DNA from: Bacteroidota bacterium | GTDB taxonomy: Bacteria > Bacteroidota > Bacteroidia > NS11-12g > UBA9320 | Assembly (NCBI GenBank): GCA_018700895.1 | Contig: JABIUV010000025.1 | Location: 56,075-120,074, forward strand | Direction of reading: 5' to 3' | DNA: 64,000 nt | Shown: positions 17,773-27,516 of the stretch, piece by piece | How the letters are laid out: every line of letters begins with the position of its first letter | How positions within the stretch are numbered: position 1 is the stretch's first letter | The notes under the pieces: model-generated | Told to the model about the DNA's origin: nothing | What the model saw: only the letters and a program-made list of their open reading frames with translations | Databases searched by the model: none | Position numbers and translations under genes: made by a program

Positions 17773-19554
17773 CTACTTCCATCTGCGACGCCTGTACCAG
17801 GCATTTCCAAAACCAAAAAGCAGAACTAAAACAATAGGGAGTATCATATTGAGGGACTGCCAAAAAAATCGTTCTTGTTTTATCTTACTTTTATCAAGCA
17901 ATCGCAGCACTACTTCTCTGCTCCGCACTTCTATCAAGTTAGACTCATCGCACAGAAAGTCAACGCAATTCAAAAAGAATTTTTTATTAGCAAACTCAAT
18001 AGGTGTCCCAAATTGTTTAGAAGCAAAATGATCATATCCTAAAGGGTAAACTTGCCCGTCTGACATCACTTGATTTCGTATCAAGTCTCCATCACCAATA
18101 ACAATCATAGCATTATTCTTCACACCTTCTTTGTAAGGTATATCAAACGCTCGTTTTACACCTTCTCTGTATCTAAACGGACTTGTAAATTCTCCTTCTA
18201 TAAGCACCGCAGATATTTTGTTTCCATTCACAAAGTTGGCAGGATTAGGTCTATCCTTGAGCATATTGAGTGATATGAAAACGGGATTAGCCGCTACTCT
18301 AGATTGTGGTGAAGACCGAAGCAAGACTGTTTTATTCAGCGATTTACGATTTGTCGTATCTAAGGTGCTACAATACCTACCCCATACATTTTCAAGGTTC
18401 TTACTCACAGGATTATCGTCTACAGCATTAAATAATGGATAGAACACCCACGGGAAGAACCCTGGTCTGTTAGTTTGTTGATTAATAGCTGGGATACCGT
18501 GACTTTGCAGATCTTGCACGAGCGTGTTCTGTACTTTTACACCGTAATGAAATAGAAGGTCGTCTAGATTATGCGAATGATTAATGGTAGACACCTCACC
18601 ATATTTGGCTATGGAATCCATTTCCGCAAGCAAGCTTTCTACCAAGAAGATAACCTTGCCCCCATTCATCACATATTGGTCTAGCACAAATTTCTCTGGC
18701 TCGGTAAACTTACTTCGGGGCTTAGCTATGATAACGCCACTGTAACGTTGTAGTTTTTTTACAAGACCTTCTACCAGTATGCTGAATACAGGTTTATCTG
18801 GATTCTCAGCTACATCTTTGGCAAATACCTTGTAGCAATTACTGTCGGTGAGATTAAGGTTGATACGCTCCAGATCATAAAACTCTCCAAGTGCTGCACT
18901 GATATCGGCCGTTTCTATATCGGTGAGCTCGCCATGACCAGCTGTGAATGCCAGTTTTAGTTCTCTGCCTGCTAGCCCCCTTCGCAGTGCTGTGCCTATT
19001 TCATACTCCAGCAGCTCTATTGATCCGTTTATCTCTACTTCCAGAGGTTTACCAAACTCGCGTTTTAATAGGTTCAGCGGATATTCTTTGCCTTTGTAAA
19101 AAACAACACCTGCAGGAATAATATACTTTTCGGAAGGTGCTTCGTCTGGCTTTGTTTCAGGTCTTTCTATGCGTAATCCTTTGCCATAAAATTCTTTTAG
19201 GATGGCCTCTTTTTCCTTCAGTTCTTTATCTGCTAATACATCCTCAAATTCGAAATGAATATCACCTCCTGATGCCAGTTTAAACTCATTGAGCATATCT
19301 CGAGTTGCAGATTGTAATCGCTTATAATCAAGCGGTAAATCCCCGTCTAAAAATATTGTTACGTAGGCATCTTCTTCTAGTTTGTCAATGAGATTTTTGG
19401 TGGATTCGGAGAGTGTATACCTTTTTTCCTTGGTCAAATCAAAACGCCTATAGACCTGAGAGGAGAGTATACTTACAATAGCTATAATCCCCACAAAGAG
19501 TCCTACCTGCTTAAGCAGTTTTTTATTCGCTCGTATTTTTTTGATCCCTACCAT
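17773..19554 (-). CDS. gldG: gliding-motility-associated ABC transporter component GldG
   Basis: 593 aa with N- and C-terminal TM anchors and a large periplasmic domain. Follows gldF with a 7-nt start/stop overlap. Confidence 0.7.
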   Translation of the reverse strand: MVGIKKIRANKKLLKQVGLFVGIIAIVSILSSQVYRRFDLTKEKRYTLSESTKNLIDKLEEDAYVTIFLDGDLPLDYKRLQSATRDMLNEFKLASGGDIHFEFEDVLADKELKEKEAILKEFYGKGLRIERPETKPDEAPSEKYIIPAGVVFYKGKEYPLNLLKREFGKPLEVEINGSIELLEYEIGTALRRGLAGRELKLAFTAGHGELTDIETADISAALGEFYDLERINLNLTDSNCYKVFAKDVAENPDKPVFSILVEGLVKKLQRYSGVIIAKPRSKFTEPEKFVLDQYVMNGGKVIFLVESLLAEMDSIAKYGEVSTINHSHNLDDLLFHYGVKVQNTLVQDLQSHGIPAINQQTNRPGFFPWVFYPLFNAVDDNPVSKNLENVWGRYCSTLDTTNRKSLNKTVLLRSSPQSRVAANPVFISLNMLKDRPNPANFVNGNKISAVLIEGEFTSPFRYREGVKRAFDIPYKEGVKNNAMIVIGDGDLIRNQVMSDGQVYPLGYDHFASKQFGTPIEFANKKFFLNCVDFLCDESNLIEVRSREVVLRLLDKSKIKQERFFWQSLNMILPIVLVLLFGFGNAWYRRRRWK

Positions 19555-20276
19555 TTTCTGCTTCCTAATGTCACGTAAGTTAAGCCCAAGAACACACTCA
19601 TTAAAGACCCAAAGTACACCAAATCACGCGTATCTACCACGCCCCTGCTTATGGAGTCATAGTGCAGTTGTATGCCCAATGACTGTACAGCACTATCCCA
19701 ACTACCGAACAATGCGAGATTGCTAATTTGCTGAAAGCCTACATAAAAAAAGAAGCATAAGAACATGCTAAGAATGAAGGATACAATCTGATTGGGTGTA
19801 ACTGCCGAAGCAAAAACGCCAATAGAACAATAACACGATCCCAATAGCACTAGACCAATATAAGAACCCCAAGTAGCACCCACATCTATATTTCCCTTAG
19901 GTAAACCCAGTTGGTACACGGAATAAAAATATAGCAACGTAGGCAAAATGGCAAAAATCACTAATACAACTGATGCTAAGAATTTGCCCAAAATGATTTG
20001 AGTATCGGTAATAGGCTTAGTACTAAGTGTCTCAAACGTACCTTGTTTTATCTCCTCTGAAAATGAACGCATCGTAATAGCCGAAATTAAAAAGATAAAC
20101 ACCCATGGAGCCATAAAGAAAAGTACATCAAGATTAGAATAGCCTTGCGAAAGCACATTCCCATCAGCAAATACCCACGTAAATAGACCTATCACGAGCA
20201 AAAAAACGATAATCACCACATAGGCAATTAAGGAACTCAGGAAACTCCTGATCTCTTTTTTAAATATGCTATACAT
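19548..20276 (-). CDS. gldF: gliding-motility ABC transporter permease GldF (ABC-2 type)
   Basis: 242-aa six-TM ABC-2 permease. Start overlaps the gldA stop by 8 nt. Confidence 0.75.
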   Translation of the reverse strand: MYSIFKKEIRSFLSSLIAYVVIIVFLLVIGLFTWVFADGNVLSQGYSNLDVLFFMAPWVFIFLISAITMRSFSEEIKQGTFETLSTKPITDTQIILGKFLASVVLVIFAILPTLLYFYSVYQLGLPKGNIDVGATWGSYIGLVLLGSCYCSIGVFASAVTPNQIVSFILSMFLCFFFYVGFQQISNLALFGSWDSAVQSLGIQLHYDSISRGVVDTRDLVYFGSLMSVFLGLTYVTLGSRKW

Positions 20277-21183
20277 TTTTTGTCAACTCTTGAAATACTG
20301 CCTCTAATGATTCTTTTATTTCTTTTTGTTCTACAATTACGGTATTGCTCTCCACGGCAAATTTAAAGAGTATGGCCGCTAAGTCTGCTCCTTGGTTGGC
20401 AGATATAGTAAAGCCCCCTTCTGCAGCAGATTCTACTTTTTTCACTCCTTGTAGCTGCAATAGACTAGCAGCATCTACCACATCTCTAAACCGAATATAA
20501 ACCTCCTTATTGCCTGACGAGATTTGTTGCTTAACATTACTTACCGTATCATCTGCCACTATACTCCCTCTATTGATAATAATAACACGATTACACATAG
20601 CCTCTACCTCCTGCATAATATGGGTAGATAGTAATATGGTTTTCTCTTTGCTCAGATTGGCGATAAGTTGTCTTATCTCACTCATCTGGTTTGGGTCTAG
20701 TCCACTTGTAGGTTCATCCAAGATAAGTACATCAGGATTATTTAGCAATGCTTGAGCTAAGCCCACTCGTTGCCGATATCCTTTTGATAGTTGAGATATC
20801 TTTTTGTGCCGCTCCACGCTCAAACCCGTTTTGTTTATGACACGCTCTATTTCCTGCTTGGCATTTTTGAGCTGGTATATATCTGCATTAAACTGAAGGT
20901 ACTCCACAATGAACATATCATCATAAAGTGGATTCAGCTCTGGCAGATAACCTATTCGTTTCTTAACAGCAAGAGGATCTTTTGCTACATCTATACCCAT
21001 AACCTTAGCCGTACCGCTAGTAGCAGGTATAAATCCACTCAATATTTTCATAGTGGTACTCTTCCCCGCTCCATTAGGCCCTAAGAATCCTACTACCTCT
21101 CCAGTACCAACACTGAAAGAGATATTATTAATGGCTTTTTGTTCGCCATATACCTTAGTGAGTTGGTTTATCTCTATAGACAT
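20269..21183 (-). CDS. gldA: gliding-motility ABC transporter ATP-binding protein GldA
   Basis: Walker A GPNGAGKST, ABC signature LSKGYRQRV, Walker B LILDEP. N-terminus MSIEINQLTKVYGEQKAINNISF is GldA-like. Confidence 0.8.
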   Translation of the reverse strand: MSIEINQLTKVYGEQKAINNISFSVGTGEVVGFLGPNGAGKSTTMKILSGFIPATSGTAKVMGIDVAKDPLAVKKRIGYLPELNPLYDDMFIVEYLQFNADIYQLKNAKQEIERVINKTGLSVERHKKISQLSKGYRQRVGLAQALLNNPDVLILDEPTSGLDPNQMSEIRQLIANLSKEKTILLSTHIMQEVEAMCNRVIIINRGSIVADDTVSNVKQQISSGNKEVYIRFRDVVDAASLLQLQGVKKVESAAEGGFTISANQGADLAAILFKFAVESNTVIVEQKEIKESLEAVFQELTKNV

Positions 21184-21195
21184 ACTTGCTTTTGT

Positions 21196-24069
21196 TTAAC
21201 GCTTGATTATAACGTTGAAACGTGCCGTACTATTTCGGTTAGATAACAATAAGGTGTATATGCCCGAAGATATCGTTGAAACATTGAGATTGACTTCCGT
21301 ACCGTTTACTGCTTTGTCTAGCAGGACACTCCCTTGATTATCTATCAACTTTATACGTTCTGCAGTATTTATTCCTTGTGTTTTTACATGAATAAAGTTT
21401 GAAGCTGGGTTTGGATAAATAGCATATCGCGTTTTGTCTAGCAATAGGACATTTACTGCACTTAGTATTTCCATTTCATCAAAACCAGTACATCCATTAG
21501 AATCTGTCACGGTAACGGAGTACTTCCCTTTGTCTTTCACACTAATAGATTCTAAGGTCTCGCCCGTACTCCAATCGTATCTGTCAAAGTCAGGACCTGG
21601 TGTTAATATGAGTGGGTCATTCGTGCGAAGCGAAGTGTCATTTCCAAGACTTATAGTTGGACTTTGATACACAAATACATCTATACTATCGGTATAAAGG
21701 CAACCTTGTGTACTCTCTACGGTAAGGTAGTATAATCCGGGACCACTTACATTGAAAGTTTGCATACCTGTACCGTTGAACCACGTATAATCCGCCATGC
21801 CATTTGGCCCCACTAGTTGGAATGCGATGTTATCACAAGCTCCTGTATCATTGCCCAATGAAAATTGAGGTAGTGGATGTACCGTAAAGTCTAAGGTATC
21901 ATAACTCGGACAACCAAAGCTGTTATAAGCTTCTACAGTGTATCTGCCCGCCTGAGAAATAGTATACTCAAAGTTATTAGTGATCACGCCATTCCAAATA
22001 AACCCATTCAGAACACTTGGAGCAAATAAAACAACTTCGTCGCCATCACAAGCACTGGTGTCCGGACCTATACTAAATGGCGAGTTAGGATTAGTAAGCA
22101 CCTGCACCTCGTCTGTATATTCACATCCAAAACTGTCTATTACCATCAAAGAATGCACTTGTGAATTGTTGGTAGTAAAGGTCCTATTTGTAGTGCTCAA
22201 TCCATTCCAAGTATAACTAGCCATATCAGCTGGACCTTCAAAGGTAATGCTCAAGTTTTCACATATAGTGGTGTCGTTACCCAATGAGAATGCAGGAATT
22301 TCCTTATTCAATACAGCAACGGTATCATAATAAAAGCATCCATTACTACTTATTGTTTTTAGGTAAAATGTATCTGCAGCCGAAACCACTCGCGTTTGGT
22401 TATTAGTCGTCCCGCTTGTTCCTTTCCATTCATAAAAAATCATATCACTTGCCGCCGTTAAGCTTAACGTATTTCCATCGCAGAAAAACGTGTCTGACAA
22501 TGCTGACACAGCAAGTCTCGAATTTACTTTTACGTACACTTCAGCACTGTCTGGAGTACATTTACCATCTGACGAACTAACAACTAGCTTGTATGCCGTA
22601 CTTATTGTTGGGGAAACACTAGGATTAGAGCTTGTACTAGTAAAGGATGGTGCCGTCCAGTTATATAAATAGCCCGAAGTACTACTTCTGCCTAGTGAGG
22701 CAAAATCTCCCTCACATATCGTAATAGTATCCGCACTTACACGTGCCTCAAGCGTACAACATAAGGTCGAATCATTATTGATTTCTGTATTTCTTACCAA
22801 GGTAATCAATGGATAAACCGTAAGTGTATTAGTGTTACTGTTAAAAGTGTCGGAGGACAAAAACAACGGGCCAAAGTCCAACACTTCATTTTGGAAAACA
22901 CATGATACGCCGAATTGACCATTTAACTTAGATATGTAAAGATCTTCAGATGATGTGGCCCCTAATGAGTTTCCTGAGCTAAACAACGAGTACCCGGTAC
23001 TCAATCTACCTGTGATAGCCATTCCTGATTGACCATCAGCAAATGCACCACCCACAGATAATGCTGGAGGAGCTCCAGTCAATGAGCTAAATTCAAAAAC
23101 CAGAGAAGTATTTACCGAACTAGAGGATGCAGACGAAGTAGCAACCATCCACTTGTTACTGCTTATCGATTTGAAATCTAGTAAACTATCATACCCCGGA
23201 ACACCAAAGTAATATGCATCGGTATTGGTCAAATTAGTATCGATGCTCATCAAGAACATATCATACGTACCATCAAAACCTTGATCAACATTGCCGCCAA
23301 CCGTATAATTATTGGCTGATTCTTGCACTATTTTAGTGGCAAACTCATTATGTACTGTCCCAATGTTCTTATGAATAAGGACCGTTCCGCCACTGTTCAA
23401 TGCGAGCAAACTTATATCAACATCGCCACTACCACCTATTGCAGTAGAGTCATATGCTGTACTTCCTACTACGACTACTCTCCCCAATTGGTCTTCTATG
23501 ATAGAATTTCCTACATCAGCACCTTCATTTCCATAGTGTTTTGTCCAAAGTACAATACCATTGTTGGTGAGTCGAGAAACCAAAATATTTTGACCCATGG
23601 TGTCTTGGTCTATATATCCTGTAGCATAAATATCTCCATTTATACTTTCCGCTACACCGAGAAAATGCTCTACACTATCTGTTCTTACTGAGCGTGTCCA
23701 TTGCAAAACACCTGTACTACTAACCTTTGTCACAAAAGCATCTTCCGATATAGAGTATCCATTCGTGTACCCGCATATCACAAATCCATTGTCAGAAGTA
23801 GATGTCATAGCCGTTGCTACATCGTCCGACGTGCTTCCATATCTATAACTCCATAGGGTGTTGCCTAAGCCGTCAGTTTTAGTCAATTGGAAATCTGCAT
23901 GACCTGCACTGTTCGTGTTAGATAGCAGGTAATAGTCACCATTATCCGTCTGAATTGCATCTACAGCTCTATCTGCCGAGTCATTATTAATAACCTTTAA
24001 GAAGCTACTGTTTTGGGCATATACAAAAGCACAAACACCGCAACTCAATGCCAATAAAATTTTTCTCAT
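21196..24069 (-). CDS. large T9SS cargo protein with N-terminal beta-propeller-type repeats and about six tandem two-Cys Ig-like modules
   Basis: Signal peptide MRKILLALSCGVCAFVYAQ. Modules start FSLGNDTTICENL / FSIGPDTSACDGD / FSLGNDTGACDNI / ISLGNDTSLRTND. C-terminal YAIYPNPASNFIHVKTQG...GIYTLLLSNRNSTARFNVIIKR is a T9SS type A sorting domain. The stop lies 12 nt upstream of the gldA start. Confidence 0.7.
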   Translation of the reverse strand: MRKILLALSCGVCAFVYAQNSSFLKVINNDSADRAVDAIQTDNGDYYLLSNTNSAGHADFQLTKTDGLGNTLWSYRYGSTSDDVATAMTSTSDNGFVICGYTNGYSISEDAFVTKVSSTGVLQWTRSVRTDSVEHFLGVAESINGDIYATGYIDQDTMGQNILVSRLTNNGIVLWTKHYGNEGADVGNSIIEDQLGRVVVVGSTAYDSTAIGGSGDVDISLLALNSGGTVLIHKNIGTVHNEFATKIVQESANNYTVGGNVDQGFDGTYDMFLMSIDTNLTNTDAYYFGVPGYDSLLDFKSISSNKWMVATSSASSSSVNTSLVFEFSSLTGAPPALSVGGAFADGQSGMAITGRLSTGYSLFSSGNSLGATSSEDLYISKLNGQFGVSCVFQNEVLDFGPLFLSSDTFNSNTNTLTVYPLITLVRNTEINNDSTLCCTLEARVSADTITICEGDFASLGRSSTSGYLYNWTAPSFTSTSSNPSVSPTISTAYKLVVSSSDGKCTPDSAEVYVKVNSRLAVSALSDTFFCDGNTLSLTAASDMIFYEWKGTSGTTNNQTRVVSAADTFYLKTISSNGCFYYDTVAVLNKEIPAFSLGNDTTICENLSITFEGPADMASYTWNGLSTTNRTFTTNNSQVHSLMVIDSFGCEYTDEVQVLTNPNSPFSIGPDTSACDGDEVVLFAPSVLNGFIWNGVITNNFEYTISQAGRYTVEAYNSFGCPSYDTLDFTVHPLPQFSLGNDTGACDNIAFQLVGPNGMADYTWFNGTGMQTFNVSGPGLYYLTVESTQGCLYTDSIDVFVYQSPTISLGNDTSLRTNDPLILTPGPDFDRYDWSTGETLESISVKDKGKYSVTVTDSNGCTGFDEMEILSAVNVLLLDKTRYAIYPNPASNFIHVKTQGINTAERIKLIDNQGSVLLDKAVNGTEVNLNVSTISSGIYTLLLSNRNSTARFNVIIKR

Positions 24070-24105
24070 AAGTTTTTATTTTACGTGGCCGCAAAATAAA
24101 TTTTT

Positions 24106-24675
24106 CTAGTCACTTAGCTGCCATCTTTTGGCAACTTTTACGGAGTATTCCAAAAAGGCCTTAAAACCAGCATTAAACGCTTCATTGTCCAGCAGATTAC
24201 CTTCTTCGTCTATACACTTGGTCACTTCTTGTGCTTCGAACGTACGCGGGCTGGTGATACTATTCAAGTCAAATACATTAAAAATCTTATTAAAAACATA
24301 CCCTAACTGAACGGCAGGCATTCTACCTCCACGGCCTGTACTTACACCTACTGTAGACACCACCTTATTATCAAAAATATGCTTATAGGCTGCTCCCGCC
24401 AACTGATGAATCGTATTTATGATTTCGGCACTTGGAAACCAATTATACTCCGGGCTAAGTACAATGAGTAAATCACACTCATTTATCGTTTTTATCAAGT
24501 GCTGTTGAAAAGGTGTTTCTGCATCGGGATTCACCCAACCTTCTGCAAAATTAGGTAAGTCATAGCCCTGAAAATCAACTATTTCACTTGAGCCATGCAA
24601 TTTTTGAAGTGCCTTTGCAACACGAAGTGTATTGTTCCCTTTTCTGGCTGAGCCAGATATAATTCCTAATTTCAT
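24106..24675 (-). CDS. NADPH-dependent FMN reductase-family (flavodoxin-like) oxidoreductase
   Basis: MKLGIISGSARKGNNTLRVAKAL N-terminal flavodoxin-like P-loop pattern. 189 aa. Confidence 0.7.
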   Translation of the reverse strand: MKLGIISGSARKGNNTLRVAKALQKLHGSSEIVDFQGYDLPNFAEGWVNPDAETPFQQHLIKTINECDLLIVLSPEYNWFPSAEIINTIHQLAGAAYKHIFDNKVVSTVGVSTGRGGRMPAVQLGYVFNKIFNVFDLNSITSPRTFEAQEVTKCIDEEGNLLDNEAFNAGFKAFLEYSVKVAKRWQLSD

Positions 24676-25205
24676 TTATCTAATTTAATGTAAGTTGCCA
24701 ATGCCTTTACCGTTTTATAATTGCGTGCAAAGTCAATAAACCATAGTTTGCTGAAGGGCTTACTAGCCAAAGTAAACACTCCATCTTGCTGGTATACTAC
24801 TACCCTATCAGGACTCAAAAAGTGAACTTTCTTTTTAGCTGAGATGACACCGTTATCGATTACAACATTTTTATATTTCTGGTGGTTTACCATCCAATCA
24901 TACACTCCTTCTATGGGTTTATCACTTCGCACCTTCACCACTTGGTGTGTTTTCATATAATTCTCAGCGGGTGCATCCTCCACTTCATCAAAACTGAGGG
25001 CATGATACATACTCACCAAAAAACCGATAGCAAAAGATACGAAAAATGCTACATTCAAGCTGTTTTGGATAAAAGTGAAACCGTATTTCCAACCACCTTC
25101 TTTGGTGATTACAACCACAAGAGCGATTGGTAAAACCATTAAGGCTACTCTAATCAAATACGTAAGTATAATTACAAATTTGAATAGTAATTTTTGTATA
25201 TTCAT
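24672..25205 (-). CDS. small membrane protein (two or three TM segments), unknown function
   Basis: Hydrophobic N-terminal half (FKFVIILTYLIRVALMVLPIALVVVI, VAFFVSFAIGFLVSMY) and a soluble C-terminal half. Overlaps the neighbours by 4 nt and 0 nt. Confidence 0.45.
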   Translation of the reverse strand: MNIQKLLFKFVIILTYLIRVALMVLPIALVVVITKEGGWKYGFTFIQNSLNVAFFVSFAIGFLVSMYHALSFDEVEDAPAENYMKTHQVVKVRSDKPIEGVYDWMVNHQKYKNVVIDNGVISAKKKVHFLSPDRVVVYQQDGVFTLASKPFSKLWFIDFARNYKTVKALATYIKLDK

Positions 25206-26051
25206 TTATAGTACTCTTAATAAAACAGCGTATGCCTGTTGTGGTTTGTTTTGAGCCAAAAAGTCTTTGGCTAGCGAAAATGAAGGTGTATCAATGACAG
25301 CCAAAGCTTTCTTAATATCCTCATCAGTTGGCAAGGAGGCCATATTGCCCAATATCCCTAATTCATTGCCTGTGAGTTGGTTGCTCGTTCGTATTTGCTC
25401 GGGTAAAGCATCCACTCCTACACCTATAGTAGTAATGGGTTTGTCTACCTCAAACATCGAAGCATCATTTGCTCTGCAATACCAATTGCCACCCATTCTA
25501 CTTACTAGGTCTATTTTTTGTTGGTCTACCATTTGGTTTTCGTCCAGTACTTCTTCAGCGATATGTATTTTTTGTACTTCACATATCACTAGATTACCAG
25601 CACCACCATCTTTCCCTAATTCTTTCACTTCCAACACCTTACACTCTATCTGAACGGGCGACTCTTTTACTCTATAAGGTCGAATAGTATCCGAAGCTAC
25701 AGGAGTAAATCGGGCTTTTTCAAACTCATCTACACCCGCCTCAAATGGAGAGCTCGTCAAGCTCATTTGGTGCACCATATCATAGGTTACTACATTAATC
25801 ACTACCTCGGCTACGTCCTTCACATTGTCGTGTGTATTTTTAGTGGTATTTGTCCTTCCGCTTCTAGCTGGTGAGAAGATAAGAATAGGTGGATTAGCAC
25901 TGAACACATTGAAAAAACTAAATGGTGCCAGATTTCTATTGCCTTCCTTATCCACGGTACTTGCAAACGCGATAGGCCGCGGACCAATACTACCGAGCAG
26001 GTAGTGGTGCAATTTGGGAACGGGTAATTCTTTGGGGTCTAGAGTCAACAT
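25206..26051 (-). CDS. flavin-reductase-like (FMN-binding split-barrel) protein with about 80-aa C-terminal extension
   Basis: PRPIAFASTVDKEGNRNLAPFSFFNVFSANPPILIFSP is the flavin reductase-like domain signature. Start lies 2 nt after the tyrS stop. Confidence 0.65.
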   Translation of the reverse strand: MLTLDPKELPVPKLHHYLLGSIGPRPIAFASTVDKEGNRNLAPFSFFNVFSANPPILIFSPARSGRTNTTKNTHDNVKDVAEVVINVVTYDMVHQMSLTSSPFEAGVDEFEKARFTPVASDTIRPYRVKESPVQIECKVLEVKELGKDGGAGNLVICEVQKIHIAEEVLDENQMVDQQKIDLVSRMGGNWYCRANDASMFEVDKPITTIGVGVDALPEQIRTSNQLTGNELGILGNMASLPTDEDIKKALAVIDTPSFSLAKDFLAQNKPQQAYAVLLRVL

Positions 26052-26053
26052 AC

Positions 26054-27361
26054 TTATTTCTTTATTAATAAAAATTTGTTCTTCTTTCCTCGCTGTAATA
26101 ATACGTATTTACCATTGATTAGGTCAGAGGTCGATAAATTGAAATCTTCGGTTATTTTCTCACTGTTAACAGATACCGAATTCTCTTTGAGAGCTCTTCT
26201 CGCTTCACTTTTACTAGCTAAAAATCCTGAGTATCCGCAAATATCTATTATATTAATTCCCTCTATATCATCCACTTCTGCACTTTTAACACCATCAAAT
26301 ATGGAAAGAAAGTCTTTTTCGGAAAGGCTGCGTAAACTATCTGCAGTTCCCTTCCCAAATAATATCTGAGTAGCAGCCAAAGCAGTATTACATCCCTCTT
26401 CTCCGTGTACCCAAGTGGTGATATACTTGGCAAGCTCTTTTTGCAACGCACGAGCATGTGGAGCTTCTTTATGCTCAACTATCAAACTGTGTATGAACGA
26501 CTTATCGTGCAGAGTGAATATTTTGATATATCGCTCTGCGTCCTCATCACTCGTATTCATCCAAAACTGGTAAAACTCATATGGGCTCGTTTTGTCCGCA
26601 TCTAGCCATACATTACCACCTTCGCTCTTACCAAACTTACTACCGTCAGCCTTAGTAATAAGTGGTGCAGTCATTGCAAAACCTTTATTCTGACCTTCTG
26701 CTACATCATCACTCGCACTTCCTTTTCTACGGATAAGTTCTGTTCCGGTCACTATATTTCCCCACTGGTCGCTTCCACCCATTTGGAGTTTTACATTCTT
26801 CTCTTTCCACAAGTGGTAAAAATCATATCCTTGTACAAGCTGATAGCTGAACTCCGTGAAACTCATTCCATCCTCCAATCTATTTTTTACAGAATCTTTG
26901 GCCATCATGTAGTTTACCGAGATATGCTTGCCTACATCTCGGATAAAATCTAAAAAGTTAAAATCCTTGAACCAGTCATAGTTATTCACCATCTCAGCAC
27001 TGTTCCCACCACAATCAAAATCCAAAAACTGTTGCAATTGCTTATGTACACATGCTACATTATGATTGAGTGTGTCTAAGTCGAGTAGAGTTCGTTCTGC
27101 TTTCTTCCCACTTGGGTCTCCCACCATACCTGTGGCTCCACCTACTAGTGCAAAAGGTTTATGGCCAGCACGTTGCAAATGTACTAGCAATATAATAGGC
27201 ACCATATTACCAATGTGTAGTGAGTCTGCCGTAGGATCAAAACCTACATATCCGCCTACCATCTCTTTCATCAGTAATTCTTCGGTACCCGGCATATCTT
27301 GGTGGTGCAAGCCACGCCATTTTAACTCTTCTATGAGGTTATATTTTGGTGTAAATGACAT
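26054..27361 (-). CDS. tyrS: tyrosine--tRNA ligase
   Basis: HIGN (HIGH) motif, KFGKS (KMSKS) motif, C-terminal S4-like domain. 435 aa. Confidence 0.9.
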   Translation of the reverse strand: MSFTPKYNLIEELKWRGLHHQDMPGTEELLMKEMVGGYVGFDPTADSLHIGNMVPIILLVHLQRAGHKPFALVGGATGMVGDPSGKKAERTLLDLDTLNHNVACVHKQLQQFLDFDCGGNSAEMVNNYDWFKDFNFLDFIRDVGKHISVNYMMAKDSVKNRLEDGMSFTEFSYQLVQGYDFYHLWKEKNVKLQMGGSDQWGNIVTGTELIRRKGSASDDVAEGQNKGFAMTAPLITKADGSKFGKSEGGNVWLDADKTSPYEFYQFWMNTSDEDAERYIKIFTLHDKSFIHSLIVEHKEAPHARALQKELAKYITTWVHGEEGCNTALAATQILFGKGTADSLRSLSEKDFLSIFDGVKSAEVDDIEGINIIDICGYSGFLASKSEARRALKENSVSVNSEKITEDFNLSTSDLINGKYVLLQRGKKNKFLLIKK

Positions 27362-27516
27362 CTTGTATTAGAATGATGACAAAGGTAGGATTTTGAAAGA
27401 AGTACGTACGTTAATGAGAAAGCATTTTGATATAAATAGGGAACTATCATTCATAGCTTGTTTTATTTTTCACTGAAAATTAGTAACATTGACCTCAACA
27501 TTAACACATTATCTAT

